From positions 62,001 to 126,000 of the forward strand of contig NW_026863766.1 in assembly GCF_026571515.1 (NCBI RefSeq): 64,000 bases of DNA, written 5' to 3'. Origin of the DNA: Ruditapes philippinarum. Taxonomy: Eukaryota. A program made the position numbers and the translations under genes. Shown piece by piece: positions 42,170 through 55,259 of this stretch (its first letter is position 1; each line of letters starts with the position of its first letter). The notes below the pieces were generated by a model. The model did no database searches, was not told the DNA's origin, and saw only the letters and a list, made by a program, of their open reading frames with translations.

Positions 42170-45100
42170 TTACAGTCGGATGACCTTTACATCACTTGAA
42201 GTACAGCTTATTGATGGCCTTTTTCGTAAAGGCTGGTTTAAATTTAAATGGCATGGTTCATATTTGACTCTTGCATTAGTGGCAGCATTTGATTTTTTGA
42301 GACCATGTTTTGGCCTACAAGAATACTATTTATTGCTCGCTGATACTGTAGTGCACTAGGATTTGAATTTGCTCCATGATAAGTGGATCTCTGCTGGTTG
42401 AAAACATTCTCGATAACATCAGAGTTGACCAGTCCTGGAGTGATATACATTATAGATGATTTATTTAGCACTGCTCTGCAAAGTGCAATAAAAACCCAAA
42501 ATACATGACTGTACATCTTCTGCGCATTGTTGAGATAAGAGTTTTTTCCTTTTTTTTTTTCTGAAATTTCCGTGCTATTCATAACTAAATTGTCCCACTT
42601 GGAAAAACCATTCAGCAACAGCATGTAAAGTTCCAAGTCTGTTATCATCTAACACTTTAACAGGTCTCATATCACGAAAAATATCAATTAATTTTGATGT
42701 ATTTTCAAGCAGTTCTATAACTCCATTTAATACTTCACCTTTTTGACCGAGATTCTTTTGATACAATTTCATTGAATGCAACATTTCAGAATTTAACACA
42801 TCTTCTGCTAAACGATTTCGCATTTTCAATTGTGAATCAAGATGAAAATGTTCTCTAGATAATTTTTTATGAGTTTGTAGAGCATTTTGCTGGTCCCAGT
42901 TGAAAAAGTCAATAAACATTTGCCACTGGATAGTGTAAGAACTTGGTAAAGTTAGAATTCTTGTACTTTTTGGATGAATTCCACTTTTAAGAATGTTGTT
43001 TCTCAGTTTTTTTACCACATGTAAAAAGTCCATTAAAAATATTATGTCATTTGATGTGCAAGGACTTCTTGCTATATAACTATGTGACTTATCTCCCAAG
43101 CACATGTGCATTAATGAACGGTTAGCTTGAGCCCCATCCATACAGGTATAAAGAACTGTAAATCCTGCTGATCTGAATAAGTAGACTGCTTTCCAGAAAA
43201 TACTAAATAGCTCAGATGCCTGTACACAGTTGGTTATAAAATATGCCAATGGAAAACTAAAACCAATTCCAAGGAAAAGTAATTGGAGTGCATATTTGCC
43301 TAATTTCTTTTCTTTAGACCCTTGTTTTAAAGCATGGCAGGTGTCTCCCTCCTTCCCATAATCAGTAAAACCAGATATTTCAACAACATCACCATATTTA
43401 TCAATCTGAATATCAGTTTGAATGGCCATTTCATCAAATATGACACCCCCATATCTCTCACCCTCTGGTATATTTTGCCTGTTTGCCTCAGCATACATCC
43501 ATTGGAAAACAACATCTTCAAATCCTGGTTTTTGCTTTATAGCATTTTTATATAATATTAGCAGTGATTGTGATGGTAGTACTAATAACTTGCTTGAATA
43601 TAAGAGGCCATAGCAATGAGGACTTCTGTTATACATTTGCATGCATACACCAATAAATTTCTTTGACCATCTGCGACCTTTTGGGTGTCTGCCAACATTT
43701 TTGGCTTGTTCAACAAGTAATTCTATCATATTTTCATCTGCTCGTGGAAAAAGATTCCTCACTTGCTTGATTAGGGACTCAGGACCAGGAGCATGTGGTT
43801 CAGGCTGGTTTTCTTTATTGTCAGACTGAGAAAAGGTCATTTTCTGACAGGTTCTACAAACAAATGTATGGCTATTTAAGGAAATTACCTTCTCACACAT
43901 TACAGACCTCATTGATCTGACAGCTGTATTATCAGGTCTTTTCCACAAGTCTAGAGTTATGGTATCGGCTTACATTTATGGACTTGGTAATTTCTAGGCC
44001 GCAGCAAAGTTGAATCTTGTCAACAATGGAAAAAACTACTTTTATACCCTTTTCACTTGCATGAAATGTTCCATCAATATATGCTTTGGATAAATTGACT
44101 TTTTTCCCTGCAATTTCAAGTTCCCACATGCCATTCATATGTAAAGTTATTGATTTTGTTACACCATTACCATAACTTAAGTAGCCACTTTGTATTTCAC
44201 AAATAATCTCTTCAGGGCTTATCTTCTTTATATAATAATTGTCTGGTTGACATTTAGTAATACATGTAGTTGTGCATCTTAAATCAGATACAGAACATGT
44301 ATCAATAGGGTCAATGCAAAGACCTCTGTAATATGTCTTGAGTTGTGTGCCAACCTTTTTTCTTACATTTTTAACACCTTGAATTAAAGCTTTCAAATGT
44401 TCCACAAATATCATTGAGCCAGGTATTGAAGAGCCTTTTCCAGATTCTAGACATTCAAACTTGAAAGTGTCCAAGAGCATATTTATGTCTACTTCTCCAT
44501 CTGGGACAGGTGTCAGTCTTGACAGAATCCTATCAAATAATTGAGTAAAAAATTAGATGTTGATTTTTTTATACACCATAACAAAATACAGTTGAACCTG
44601 TGATAGCGTTCATTTGAATTAAACACAATTATATGGGAATACATGTAGTAACATTAAGTTTTGCATTTCTGTATTTCAAATTGTTATGTATAGTAGCAAT
44701 TTTAAAGGCCCATCATGCTCCGGAAATGCTTTTTTAATTCTCACAAAGTTTTTCATTTCTTGCGTCCTATTATAGTTTATAAAATGTCATTCATTGGCCA
44801 ATATGCATATAAATCAAAATACTACTTTATTTAAATGTAAATACTTTTATGACAATATGGGTGATAAGGCTTCTCAAAAACCATTAATATCAATCTTATG
44901 AAACACCTGATTTCTCTTTCTATATATTTAGTAAAAACTCTTTCATTTCCAAAGCATTATGTGCCTTTAAACTTTTTTTTAATGAATGTAGGAATTGACC
45001 CACAGATTAACTTCATCAACTGCATTACACAGGTTTAACTGTTTGACCATGTTTAAAGTGGAGAAAAATTGTTTATATCAAAAATAGCATACCCTGTAAA

Positions 45101-48100
45101 GTAACTATAAGAAATACATTAGAAATTCATATTTTTTTCCTATCTGAATTCAGTATAAATGGTTGTACATTGTAGTTTAACTGGATTTAAACCAGTTTGT
45201 AAATAATTTCTATATTGTCATACATTTATATATTAACAATCTTCATCTGAAAAGAGCATTTTATATTCCTGAAACCTTTATTTATTCAGAAGACATAAAT
45301 AGAATTTTAAAAAAATTATACATGTATATTTGTCATATTTTAGTTAAGCATGTCACAATATGAAATAACTTTCACCTGTATAAAATATAGCTATACACAA
45401 CATGCCTCCAGATGTTTCATGCAAATACAGTGCATTTTTAACTTAAGATATGATATGGTAGATGTTATTTCCTTAGCTATTCGCCAAAAGTTATTTTCTT
45501 TAAAGGCACATTATGCTGTAGAAATGCTTTTCATTTTAAGAATTTTTTTGTGTGTGTAATATTAGGTCCAAAAAATAACTAACATTTTTTTTTGCTGTTT
45601 TGAACCACCTTTTGCTGTTTTGGCATAGTTATTATTAATTTTTTTTGTATGGAAGTCAAAATGCACTGTGTTTACATTTTACTACTTTTATTACATTCAA
45701 ATAATGATTTTGTTAAATATAGGCAGATTATGTATAGCTTTATACACCTTTAATAGATTAATAATACATAGAAATCATAATCAGATAGTTAAAAAAAGCA
45801 TGCATAATTACATGCATTGATGCTCTGGTAATCTAAACCATGAATTCAAATTCAGCTGATATTGTCAATTTGGCTGACAAAAATTGAATCAAACTATGTA
45901 TACATTATTTCTGGGGATAAATCTTCATGTTATATAAGCTATGGTTCAGTTAAAAAGATCAGTAGTATTTCTCAAAAATGATATGGATTTGAAATATTAC
46001 AAAATTTTTGGTACCATTTTTAATGACAAATGCAGCATATTTGATATTTCACAAATATAATTACCAGAGCAACAATACATAGATATTGATACAATTCAAT
46101 TATTAGTTCTTTATTAATTACAATATCTTATGTTCATTATATATTCATTCCAGTAATGAAACAGAGCAACTGCTAATACCAACACCAGTGAAAGCAACAA
46201 GCACAAGTATTCTCTTAGACACTACTAGCGAAGAAATGGAACTTGAGGATGACTTCAATGATATACTTGCTTCAATTGATAGTGATGAACAAGAGGTATT
46301 ACAGTTTGAAATTCACAATAGATTCATCATGAAGAATATGCTTGCAGAAATTGCTTTCAAAAAACCATTTGGAACTTCTCAGCCAAAATGTAATCTTATA
46401 TATTATCACAACTTCATCCTGAAAACCTAAAACTAGTGACTTTTGTAAAAAGATTATTCTTAACATGTTCAAATATTTTCAAAGAATTAAATATGGACAG
46501 TTTTCAACCTGGTACTTCTATACCAGAGAGTGTATTGGCAATTTTTTTTAAAAAAATGTATGAATATACACTTGATGTCCAATATACAATGGATTGTCTC
46601 AGCTTATTTAATATGGGAACAGATAATTTGTTTGAAGAAGAACACAAAATGGTTTGTTACATGATTGTGGAATATATTAGAGACTTTATACTAACACAAA
46701 GACTTGAATTACTACAAACACAAGGAATGAATGTTAATAGAAGGTTTGTTACAGATGCTTCCCGGTCAAGAATTCGCTATGTTGCAGGTTACTGTGTAGC
46801 AAAGCTAAGAAAAAAATATGTGCAAGTATTACAATCTAATATGTTTACTAAATCTAAAACATCACAAACAAAATTTAAAGAAGCTAAAAATACTCTTCTT
46901 ATTCTTAACTCTTTCAAAGAAGAAGAACATTATTTACATCAGGTGACATCTGAACCAGACTCCCTCATAGACACTGAAAGAAAACAAAATGTAAAACGTG
47001 GTCTTACCAATGTAACGGATAGTATGTTCAAATTTTTCTTGACTTTAACTGATTTGTGTTTGGCAAAGCTAATAAATGAAAATTTGATAAAATATGGCAA
47101 ATCAATGTTTAACAATTGTTTGGAGCATGTGCTTAGTGAAAAAGGTTTATTTGAACAATTTTCACATATGGTTATTAATAAATTGAAAGAGGAGACAGTA
47201 GAAGAATTTTCTTTAAACCAAGAACATATGATATTAACAGAACTTGTCGACTCTTTGGTACTTACAACTGCCCAGATATGCAGCATATACAATGAAATTA
47301 TTAATAAATATTTTATGGTTTTATTTGCCCAGTTCTGCCGAGATATCAAAGGAGCTTTTCATATTATGAAAACAATGGCTCACAGGAAGCAAATAAAAGT
47401 GTCAAAATCTTCGGAGCATACAAAGCAGAAAAAAAGGCTACTGAAACTTCTACAGAAACAATACAATTAGTGGAGTCAACTACTGAAGTACAACCCACAG
47501 TAACTGTTCAACCCAGTCCAGAGCCTGAACCCCAACCAGGGTCATCAAGTTTGACAAGTGATCTCTGTAAAAAATGTCAAAAGTCAGAAGGAAATCAATG
47601 GATTCTATTTGATTCTTGTAATTATTGGTTTCACAGAAAATGTGCTGGTTTGCATAATGCAAAAAAAATGGAAAAATATTCAAAGGAAGGAACTGAATGG
47701 AACTGTCCCGAATGTGATTGAAAATTGTATTGAAAAAACTCTATAACTTATCCAAATTTTTACATAATATAATAATGCTTACCTATATGAATACATGAAA
47801 TTGTCTCAAAAAAGGTACAAACCCTTGAGAAGTTATTGAAATACCAGCTTACACGCGAAAACTTAAACATTTTTAAGTTGTATAAGTTGCTTAATTATGC
47901 AAAAAAGCAAACCAGAGTTAAGGTTCTTGTACCAATCATTTTAGATAATTACAAGGAAGAAGCATATGAAGTTTCAATCCATTTCCTTCGGAGTCATGGA
48001 GATACCAGCTTATGCCAAAACACAAATCAGTTATAGGACTTTTCAAAATCATGTAACATAATCACAGAGAATAAGTGAAGTTTCAATCCACTCTCTTCAG

Positions 48101-48535
48101 TAGTTATGGAGATACCAGCTTACACGCAAAAACTTACCCAATAATTTCTAAGTCGAAAAAGGGGCATAAATATGCAAAAAAGCAAATCAGAGTTATGGTA
48201 CTGGTATCAATCATGTTAGATAATCACAGCATATGAACTTTCAATCCAATCCTTTTAGTAGCTATGGAGATACCAGCTTATATGAATAAACTTTATCATG
48301 GGGACGCCACTAAATGGGTTCTTTGAATAGTATACCTAAAAAAGGAGTTTCCAACTTTCCACACTGTTATTTATATTGATATAGGCCATATATACATGTA
48401 TATGCATAGAATCCTGCATAGAATCCTTTGAAATGCAATGTAAACAATGGACAATTCTTGTGTAAATTTAATGTGTCAAGTACTTTTAATGTCATTATTT
48501 CCACGGAACATACAATCTTACCAGTTTACAAGCAT
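42170..48535 (-). CDS. P-element/THAP9-type DDE transposase (frameshifted in this sequence), no THAP domain
   Basis: Main exon 44529-42170: GRRWS helix-turn-helix region, IFDEM (D1), CMDG..NR (D2), MDFLHVVKKLRNN (DxxH), KMRNRLAEDVL, NSDVIENVFNQQR (E); ends VKVIRL-TAA. Frameshifts near 43945, 42600-42500 and 42295. Putative first coding exon 48535-48522 (aaaATG CTT GTA AAC TG|gtaag) is phase-compatible with the acceptor at 44529. Confidence is higher for the main exon than for exon 1. Confidence 0.88.
46154..47721 (+). CDS. Putative terminal exon of the helicase gene: acidic linker, helical YVAGY/RGL domain, PHD finger (2 frameshifts)
   Basis: Acceptor ttcattccag|T AAT GAA is phase 2, matching donor AG|gtgat at 41248. 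It covers three consecutive ORF-track pieces (46188, 46436, 47470). PHD pattern CKKC..WILFDSC..WFHRKC..WNCPEC, third Cys replaced by F. Confidence 0.72.
47800..48310. repeat. Internally repetitive element (satellite-bearing MITE-like) inside the P element
   Basis: gataccagctta-type unit at ~47840, 48001, 48110, 48269, with aagtttcaatcca and agagttaaggttcttg subunits recurring. Confidence 0.65.
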
Positions 48536-48820
48536 TTTCGCTATGAATCAGGAACGAATTGTTGAAAAGCTGAAAAAATAAGTTGTTTTCACCAAAATAA
48601 TTACGGACTTTCAAAATTAGCGCTAAAATTCACGTGCCATGGAACCCGAATTCAGCATTGAAATAGATAGCTGAGCTGGGACACAGAATCGTCCAATCAA
48701 AAGGCGTCTTACAACCGGAGCCGAGTATTTATCTCGGACAAGAAACATGTCTTCAGCTGTTTATTTTCACGGAAGAGTGACAAAAAAAACCGAATGTTAC
48801 CTGTAATTGATTGGTTTTGG

Positions 48821-49250
48821 ATCAATATTTTAGCGGTAAGTTGTTTCTTTGAATGTGTTTTATCGATTTATTGCGAGATGATACACTGTCGTTGTTTGGA
48901 ATTGCGTTTTTACACGTAGAAAATTGAGTAGGGACTGGTTACACGGTCGTGTCCGACCTAGCAAAAATACGATTTTCCATCTGAAATATCGGTTTGTTTG
49001 TTCAAAAAACGGTTTAAGTGGGGACAATAATGTTATTGTCAACGTCTAGTGATGTCATTTACCTGCAATTTGATATATAGCTTTATATGATTTACGTAAA
49101 AATGACTGTGTAATTTTGACTTGTACTGGACTAGTGACAATCGGCCGATTTGGCGAGTTCAACCCCTTGTCTATATATTATATATAAGGTATATATATTT
49201 TTTTAGAATTACTTTTTTACACTATCCCAACACTGTGCTGGGTCCCTGTG
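48821..49250 (-). repeat. Right TIR (~430 bp)
   Basis: Reverse complement of 38849-39275. Confidence 0.95.
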
Positions 49251-51018
49251 TTCAAAACATGACTCTAAGAAATTCCGAAAATGATTTTAGATTGATGGTA
49301 GAAAAAATATTGGGGGCATTTAAAGCTTAGTTTGTGACTTGACATCAGAACCATTCTTGAAAGTACACAAATGCATAGAAAACTGGCACTAAACGTTATT
49401 CTCACAAATAAATATAAAGAGTATTTATCAATTTATACAAAAAAAACAACAACATTCTTTTATTTATTTTGTGTTATCATGTTCAGAGACAGATATATAT
49501 TTACATTGACAACTAAGGGCGACAACAAAGATTAGCGGCAATGTCTTAAAGCCGTATTTCCGGCAAAGGTATTCAAGACGTTGCTGCAAATACTTGGTTG
49601 CAGCTCGCCAATAGGCGATAATGGTCCGAAGATATGCATAATTGCCTGAGGGCCTCAGGCCCGAAGAACATTTTGGATACGATTGCCATTATTGCATTAT
49701 GGCGAGCAGCAACCAAGTATTTACCTCTAATTAATAAGTAAAAGTGGTTTCTATTTTATTTCCGACAGATTTTCTTCGGTAGCGTTACATTATATTATAT
49801 AATTGAATAATTAGTAATAATCAAAACTTTCTTTTCAACCAATCTTAAATTTTATAACTTACATTCATAGTATATTCAGAAAATTGTCCACCCTTATTTT
49901 ACTGTTGAATGTTTATTTTACTATGAATTGCTTATAAATATTATCATTAAACCAGTTTCATGCATTCTGCATCCTGTGTTTGTTTATAAAGATATTTGCA
50001 GTTACACATTACACCAGACCAAGAATCAAATGCATTATCAGTTCATATTAATCCAAAATATTACATCAATTTATTTATTATGTTTAAAATCGATTTTAAA
50101 GTCTTTACATGTACCAACTCAAGCAAACCGAGTCTGCAATTTCAATGTAAATTTGCTGTTTTACTGCTTCCGAGGGATAACATTTTTTCCAGAAATTTCT
50201 AAAACGAACAATATTCTCATTTTATAGAGTTCACTCGATGCCCTGAAAAAGCTTTGTATTCAAGAACTTTTGCAAAATGTGTAGCAGGGCTTTATAATCA
50301 ATAAAAACACTGCCTTGATATCATAAAACAATTTAATAGCGGTGTTCTCGGGGGAATTCCATCTAAAATGATTTATTACAAACGCAAAAAGTCTTCCAGT
50401 GTGTTCATTTCAAGGTTAAGCCCATTTTATCGTTTATTAGGCTTAACCAACACGTAAACTTGTGCTAAATGAATAATTTTTATTGAATAAAAGGCAAATG
50501 CCTGTGAGTACATATACATAAACATATAATACAAAGGTTTTATTTTTACAAAATAATCAGTAGCGGTCCAATTCTATATATAAATCGTCATACAAATATG
50601 CAATCGTAAAAAGATATCAATCATCACTGCATGCAATAGAAAATGAAATTTATTTTATCAAGTATGTTAAGTATTATCATGAAAATAGTAAATATCATAC
50701 TCAAGACCTAATCGTATTATTTTGCAAACTATAAGAGGCAATTGGTGAAAACAACAGTATCAATCAATAAAAATGTAAATGCGTTTATGTAAAATGTTCT
50801 CATTTAAGATATTTAATTTGACTTTTGGAGTATTTTCAAACAGTTAGACATCGTCAATAAGATTTATTTTTGCTAATACAACATCATACAGTTTTGAATT
50901 ATTTTTCGTTTTTACCTGCTTAAATCAAAACATGTTAGTAACGTTTAATATATTTTTTAGACATACTAAATACTATGATTTTACTTTTGATTGGATTTGT
51001 ATCCAGATGTTTTTTTTA

Positions 51019-51317
51019 AAACATTTGGTTACATATAAATTGAATTTGTTTTTTTCAAGGAAGCTCTCAATGAAGAAGGATTCAACATTCCAGTAACACA
51101 GCAATACAGTCAAAATAAGACTACCATTCATATTGTTTTTGCTGTTAAATTATCTGATTAGAAATTTAACATTTGGTTTACTATATAAATTGAATTTGTT
51201 TTTTTTTCAAGGAAGCTCTCCATGAAGAAGGATTCAACATTCCAGTAACGAGCAATACAGTCAAAATAAGACTACCATTCAATATTGTTTTGCTGTTAAT
51301 TATCTGATTAGAAATTT
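51019..51317 (+). repeat. Local tandem duplication (~149 bp x2), single-copy in the paralogue at ~27181-27330
   Basis: aacatttggtt...tgattagaaattt occurs twice in tandem. Confidence 0.85.
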
Positions 51318-54300
51318 ATTCACCTTACATGTAAATTATATTTTTTCACAACAGAATTTCTTCATATAAACAGATATGAATTCACGGTCCAGCATATTTA
51401 CTCACTTTAAGGGGTATATGGTAAGATTATCATATTATTTTGAAATTGGAGTGAATGAGCTTTCAATTAATTTTGTATAAATTGTTCTATTAAGTTTCAT
51501 TGCACTTGTACATTTAAGTTTCAAACCATGACAGTTCTAAGTACCCTTCATGTATATGATACTTAATTTAGAATAAACGAATTTTTTAGAATCAAGTTCT
51601 TTTATTTAAGAAATCGACAACCACAATACAGTATATTTTATTTGAAAACAAAAAATGTATTTATTGATTTATAGAGATATTTATAAAAATATAAATAATT
51701 CCCTCTCCAAAATAATATTGAAATGGGTGTCTTTTTCCGAATAAAGACAAACCTTTCACCATTTTTGGATTAAGTATTGGTTAAAGCTAACAGTCACAAA
51801 TCCAAGCTGATCATTGTCTGCACTGATTCACAGGTTTTGAAAATTAGAAGTCAAAATAAATAAACAGGTTTTGTTACATATTTACTTAAACGATTGTTTT
51901 TAACAACTGCGCGTTATTAAGTACTGTAATATAGAGATATTGGAACTGAGTGTAAGTTCGAATACTAAATTTCTTGCGGAGTTGAATTTTTTTATTCAAC
52001 GAGTTCAATATACTTCAGTATGACTTACACAATTTTATATTCTATTTGATCAATACCAATAAAGACAGTTTAATTTTAATAGAGTTATTTTTTTGCAGCG
52101 GTCTAGTAGTGTACATTTAGCGCATCTTTACACTATGTTTGTTATTAACGCTATTTTCAGGTAAAATATTGCAGCCGTGCATTCATAATTACGTGAGTAG
52201 CAAAATCGGTTGGGTATGGATAGTTAGTAAATTGCTTAACCACGCTTTCATGACTCTGTCAATAACACAACTTTAAGTCACAACACAACTTTAAAATCAG
52301 AAAGCATAAAAATAAATTGCAAATTATAGGTTTGTTTTGCATGCAAGATTGAAATATATTTAACCATGCAACACCAGCTATTATATTTTCACTCGTAAAA
52401 ATATTGTATTTGATGTCCACTCAGTGAAATATATTTCGATCTTACATGCAAAACAAACACATATCATCTATATGACATGAACATAAAGGTTCATAGTCTT
52501 TGGTGTTATCAGTCATATACATAATTTTCAATTCTGATAATAAATGTTTTAAATGAGTTTGTTCCTTGTATATGTTTAAAGAACAAAGACTTTCACTGAC
52601 TGTTACAGTGTTTGCAATGTTGAAATACCTTATGAGATGTTTTATTTTCAAACTTTAATAAGGCTATTTAAATCTATCTTTTTATAAAGCAAATGTAATA
52701 TGTTTCTATAACTGGAAAATGTTTCCCTATTCTTTTGTGATAAGGTCTGCTTTGTGATACTCCTGCTTTGTGATTTTATTACTCTATTAAGACATATTGA
52801 AAACGCAAATCTGCGGACACAAAGAAAGAACCGCACTAATTACTTGATTTATTGTGTTCAAAACAACTTCTGAAACGTGTGACTAAACATAATAACACGA
52901 TGATTGCCGCTATCTCTTAAATATCACTTTTCATTGTGATTATTTGGTGGCACAGCAAACAATATTAATAGCGTAGGTGGCCCGCGCCGCTAGTAAACAT
53001 GATCGTCTCATACAACTTGTTGTTCCGTTTAGTAGCGTTGGCTGAAGTATTATATTACTCTTTCTTAATTTGCGTAATTACTCAATAAATAGTTTTTGTC
53101 AGCTGAATGACACTACCAGCTTTTTTAGGTGCTTCAGGGCATCAAATTAACTCGGTAAGCTTAAATTAACGCATTGCTTTCATTTTTATGGCATTTGTAT
53201 GGAAATGTGGATACAAATTTAAAGAAAGACAAGAAATCTAGTCTTAAAGAATTGTTTAACTAAAAAACTACACATATATACTGTGAAGTGTTTATCGATG
53301 TAAAGGATGTGTTTTTCATATGTGCGTCGTTAGCATTTGCAATCTTCTTACGAATGTCAATACAAACCACCTTATGGGTTTTGTCAAGGGCAGAGATTGA
53401 AATACGTGACTTCTGGAACGCTATTAAAACAAATTTAGTTTTGACCTATACAACACCTTTGTTTGCAATGACCACAGATATCAATGCGAAATGGTTTTAC
53501 ATATCTCCTGTAAAATTATTGAAACTGCACTTGTTGAATTTAATATATTTATATATACTTTCTCTTTTTCGTTCTTCAATAAAGATTCAATTATTGGTAC
53601 GGGTCTAAGTAGCTTTGTTTATTTTTGTCACCTAGGATGAATATACCAACGTTCATATATTTAAAATGAATGATTTTAAACATAGTATTAACTTTTGCTT
53701 TCGTTTAAGACAACAATATTCACCCATAAGTCAGTTTACAATTGTAAAAGAATGTCATCTGTTATTGTATCTTTTATATACTATGCATATGTATACATGT
53801 CTTGTTCTCTTCCGTTGTATGAAAATTATATATATATTTTGTAAATATGTTACGCTCCCCAAATTTGGGGGATATCCCAAATTTTTAATATCATTCATAT
53901 GTTCTATGCCTCACATCTTCTTAATACATAATTATATAGTCTTTTCGTGCATCCTTTATACTCCTATTTCTTTTATATTGCTATTTAAATATTTGTTTTC
54001 TTCTTTTTAAATATGTATGCCATTCTTTTTTTACGACTTACAATATGTATTTACTTAAGAGGGAAGCATTGTCAGTTCATTTGTGTTTAACTTATCCTTT
54101 TACTTCAGATGTACATGTGTTGCTAATTCTATAAACAGACAACATTTACAATTTAAAGACATTTATCTGTACATTGGTGAAATACAAGCATTCTCTATAA
54201 AACAGCAGCGTCTCTTGGGAAAACTACATCCTCAATTAATTATCAGCAGACAAAATATAGCGAGCAATAGCGCAAGAGTTTCTCAGCTTAGAGCCGTTAA

Positions 54301-55259
54301 GTTTATTCGTTGATATTATCAATTTTGCAACACTGTGGAAACTTTCACCTACATGTATATAAGAGATATTCTTATTTATGTCAATGTATAAGAGGAGATT
54401 TTCTTATTATATGTATACATAAAATTGACAAAGATAGCATAATTTAGAAAATTATATGACTGAATTAATGCGTATGTTTTCCTTCATGTACAAGGCAGCA
54501 AGTTGTGTTATAACAACTGGTGTTACAAGGCAGTCGCTCTCTATGATCGTGTACATGCTCCACATGTATCTCTTATGTATTGTTAAATGTTCTGTATATT
54601 AATAAATTATGTAATGTCATATCTTGATGGTAAGTATTTTCCTTCCATCTCCCCCCTCATGTCAAATTTCGTGTTCTTTCCTTTTCCTTCACCAAAACCT
54701 TGTCTTTTGATACCCGTTTAATTCCTTGAAGGACGCTTCTAAAATAAATATTATGTCAAAGAGACTAGATCCAGGCTGTATTATGCAAAACCTCAAATCC
54801 TATTGAACTTCAACATTTGTGACAGAATCAGAATTGTTCAGCAACTTGTCTGTCGCCTGTAGAGATAATCCTGTTTTCTATGATCAGACTCAATCAAACC
54901 CAGCCTATTCGCTATTCCACCTACAGTTAAAAAGTGAGGAAAAAGAACCCCTAAAGAAAGTCAAAAACGGCAAAATTGAAATTGTTGCAGATAATTTCAT
55001 ACGACGGTGATCACGGAACCTTTAATTTGACACGATAGTATTATTCCAATAAAAAAGAGATAAACAAAATCTCTAAAGTAATCCCACCACGGCAAGAGGC
55101 TCGGTTTGATTAGAATGTTCGAGTTGCCGTCCACGTCCCCAATCACAAAACAATGACAACATTGTCGCAAAATACGCCCGTCATAAAAGCTTTTGACAGA
55201 GATGTGGGCATTATAGAAACGCATATAGAATATATCATCTAGGCCATTTCCGGATACTA

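Larger units (their letters stand above)
38849..49250. mobile_element. P-superfamily DNA transposon, 10402 bp, long TIRs, carrying transposase and PIF1-helicase genes
   Basis: Termini CACAGGGAC...GTCCCTGTG; 8 bp TSD TTCAAAAC (38841-38848 and 49251-49258); single TTCAAAAC at the empty paralogous site 24851-24858; P-type transposase motifs inside. Confidence 0.93.

Noticed and set aside
42170-44529. Domesticated host THAP9 gene
   Set aside because: No THAP domain; bounded by TIRs and a TSD with an empty paralogous site, so it is a mobile copy.
47800-48310. CRISPR-like repeat-spacer array
   Set aside because: Eukaryotic context, irregular spacing, intervening sequences are themselves repeated, and no cas genes.
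52000-55250. Short ORFs of 60-115 aa (also 4900-11300)
   Set aside because: AT-rich, F/I/L/Y-biased translations with no motifs or consistent splice structure.
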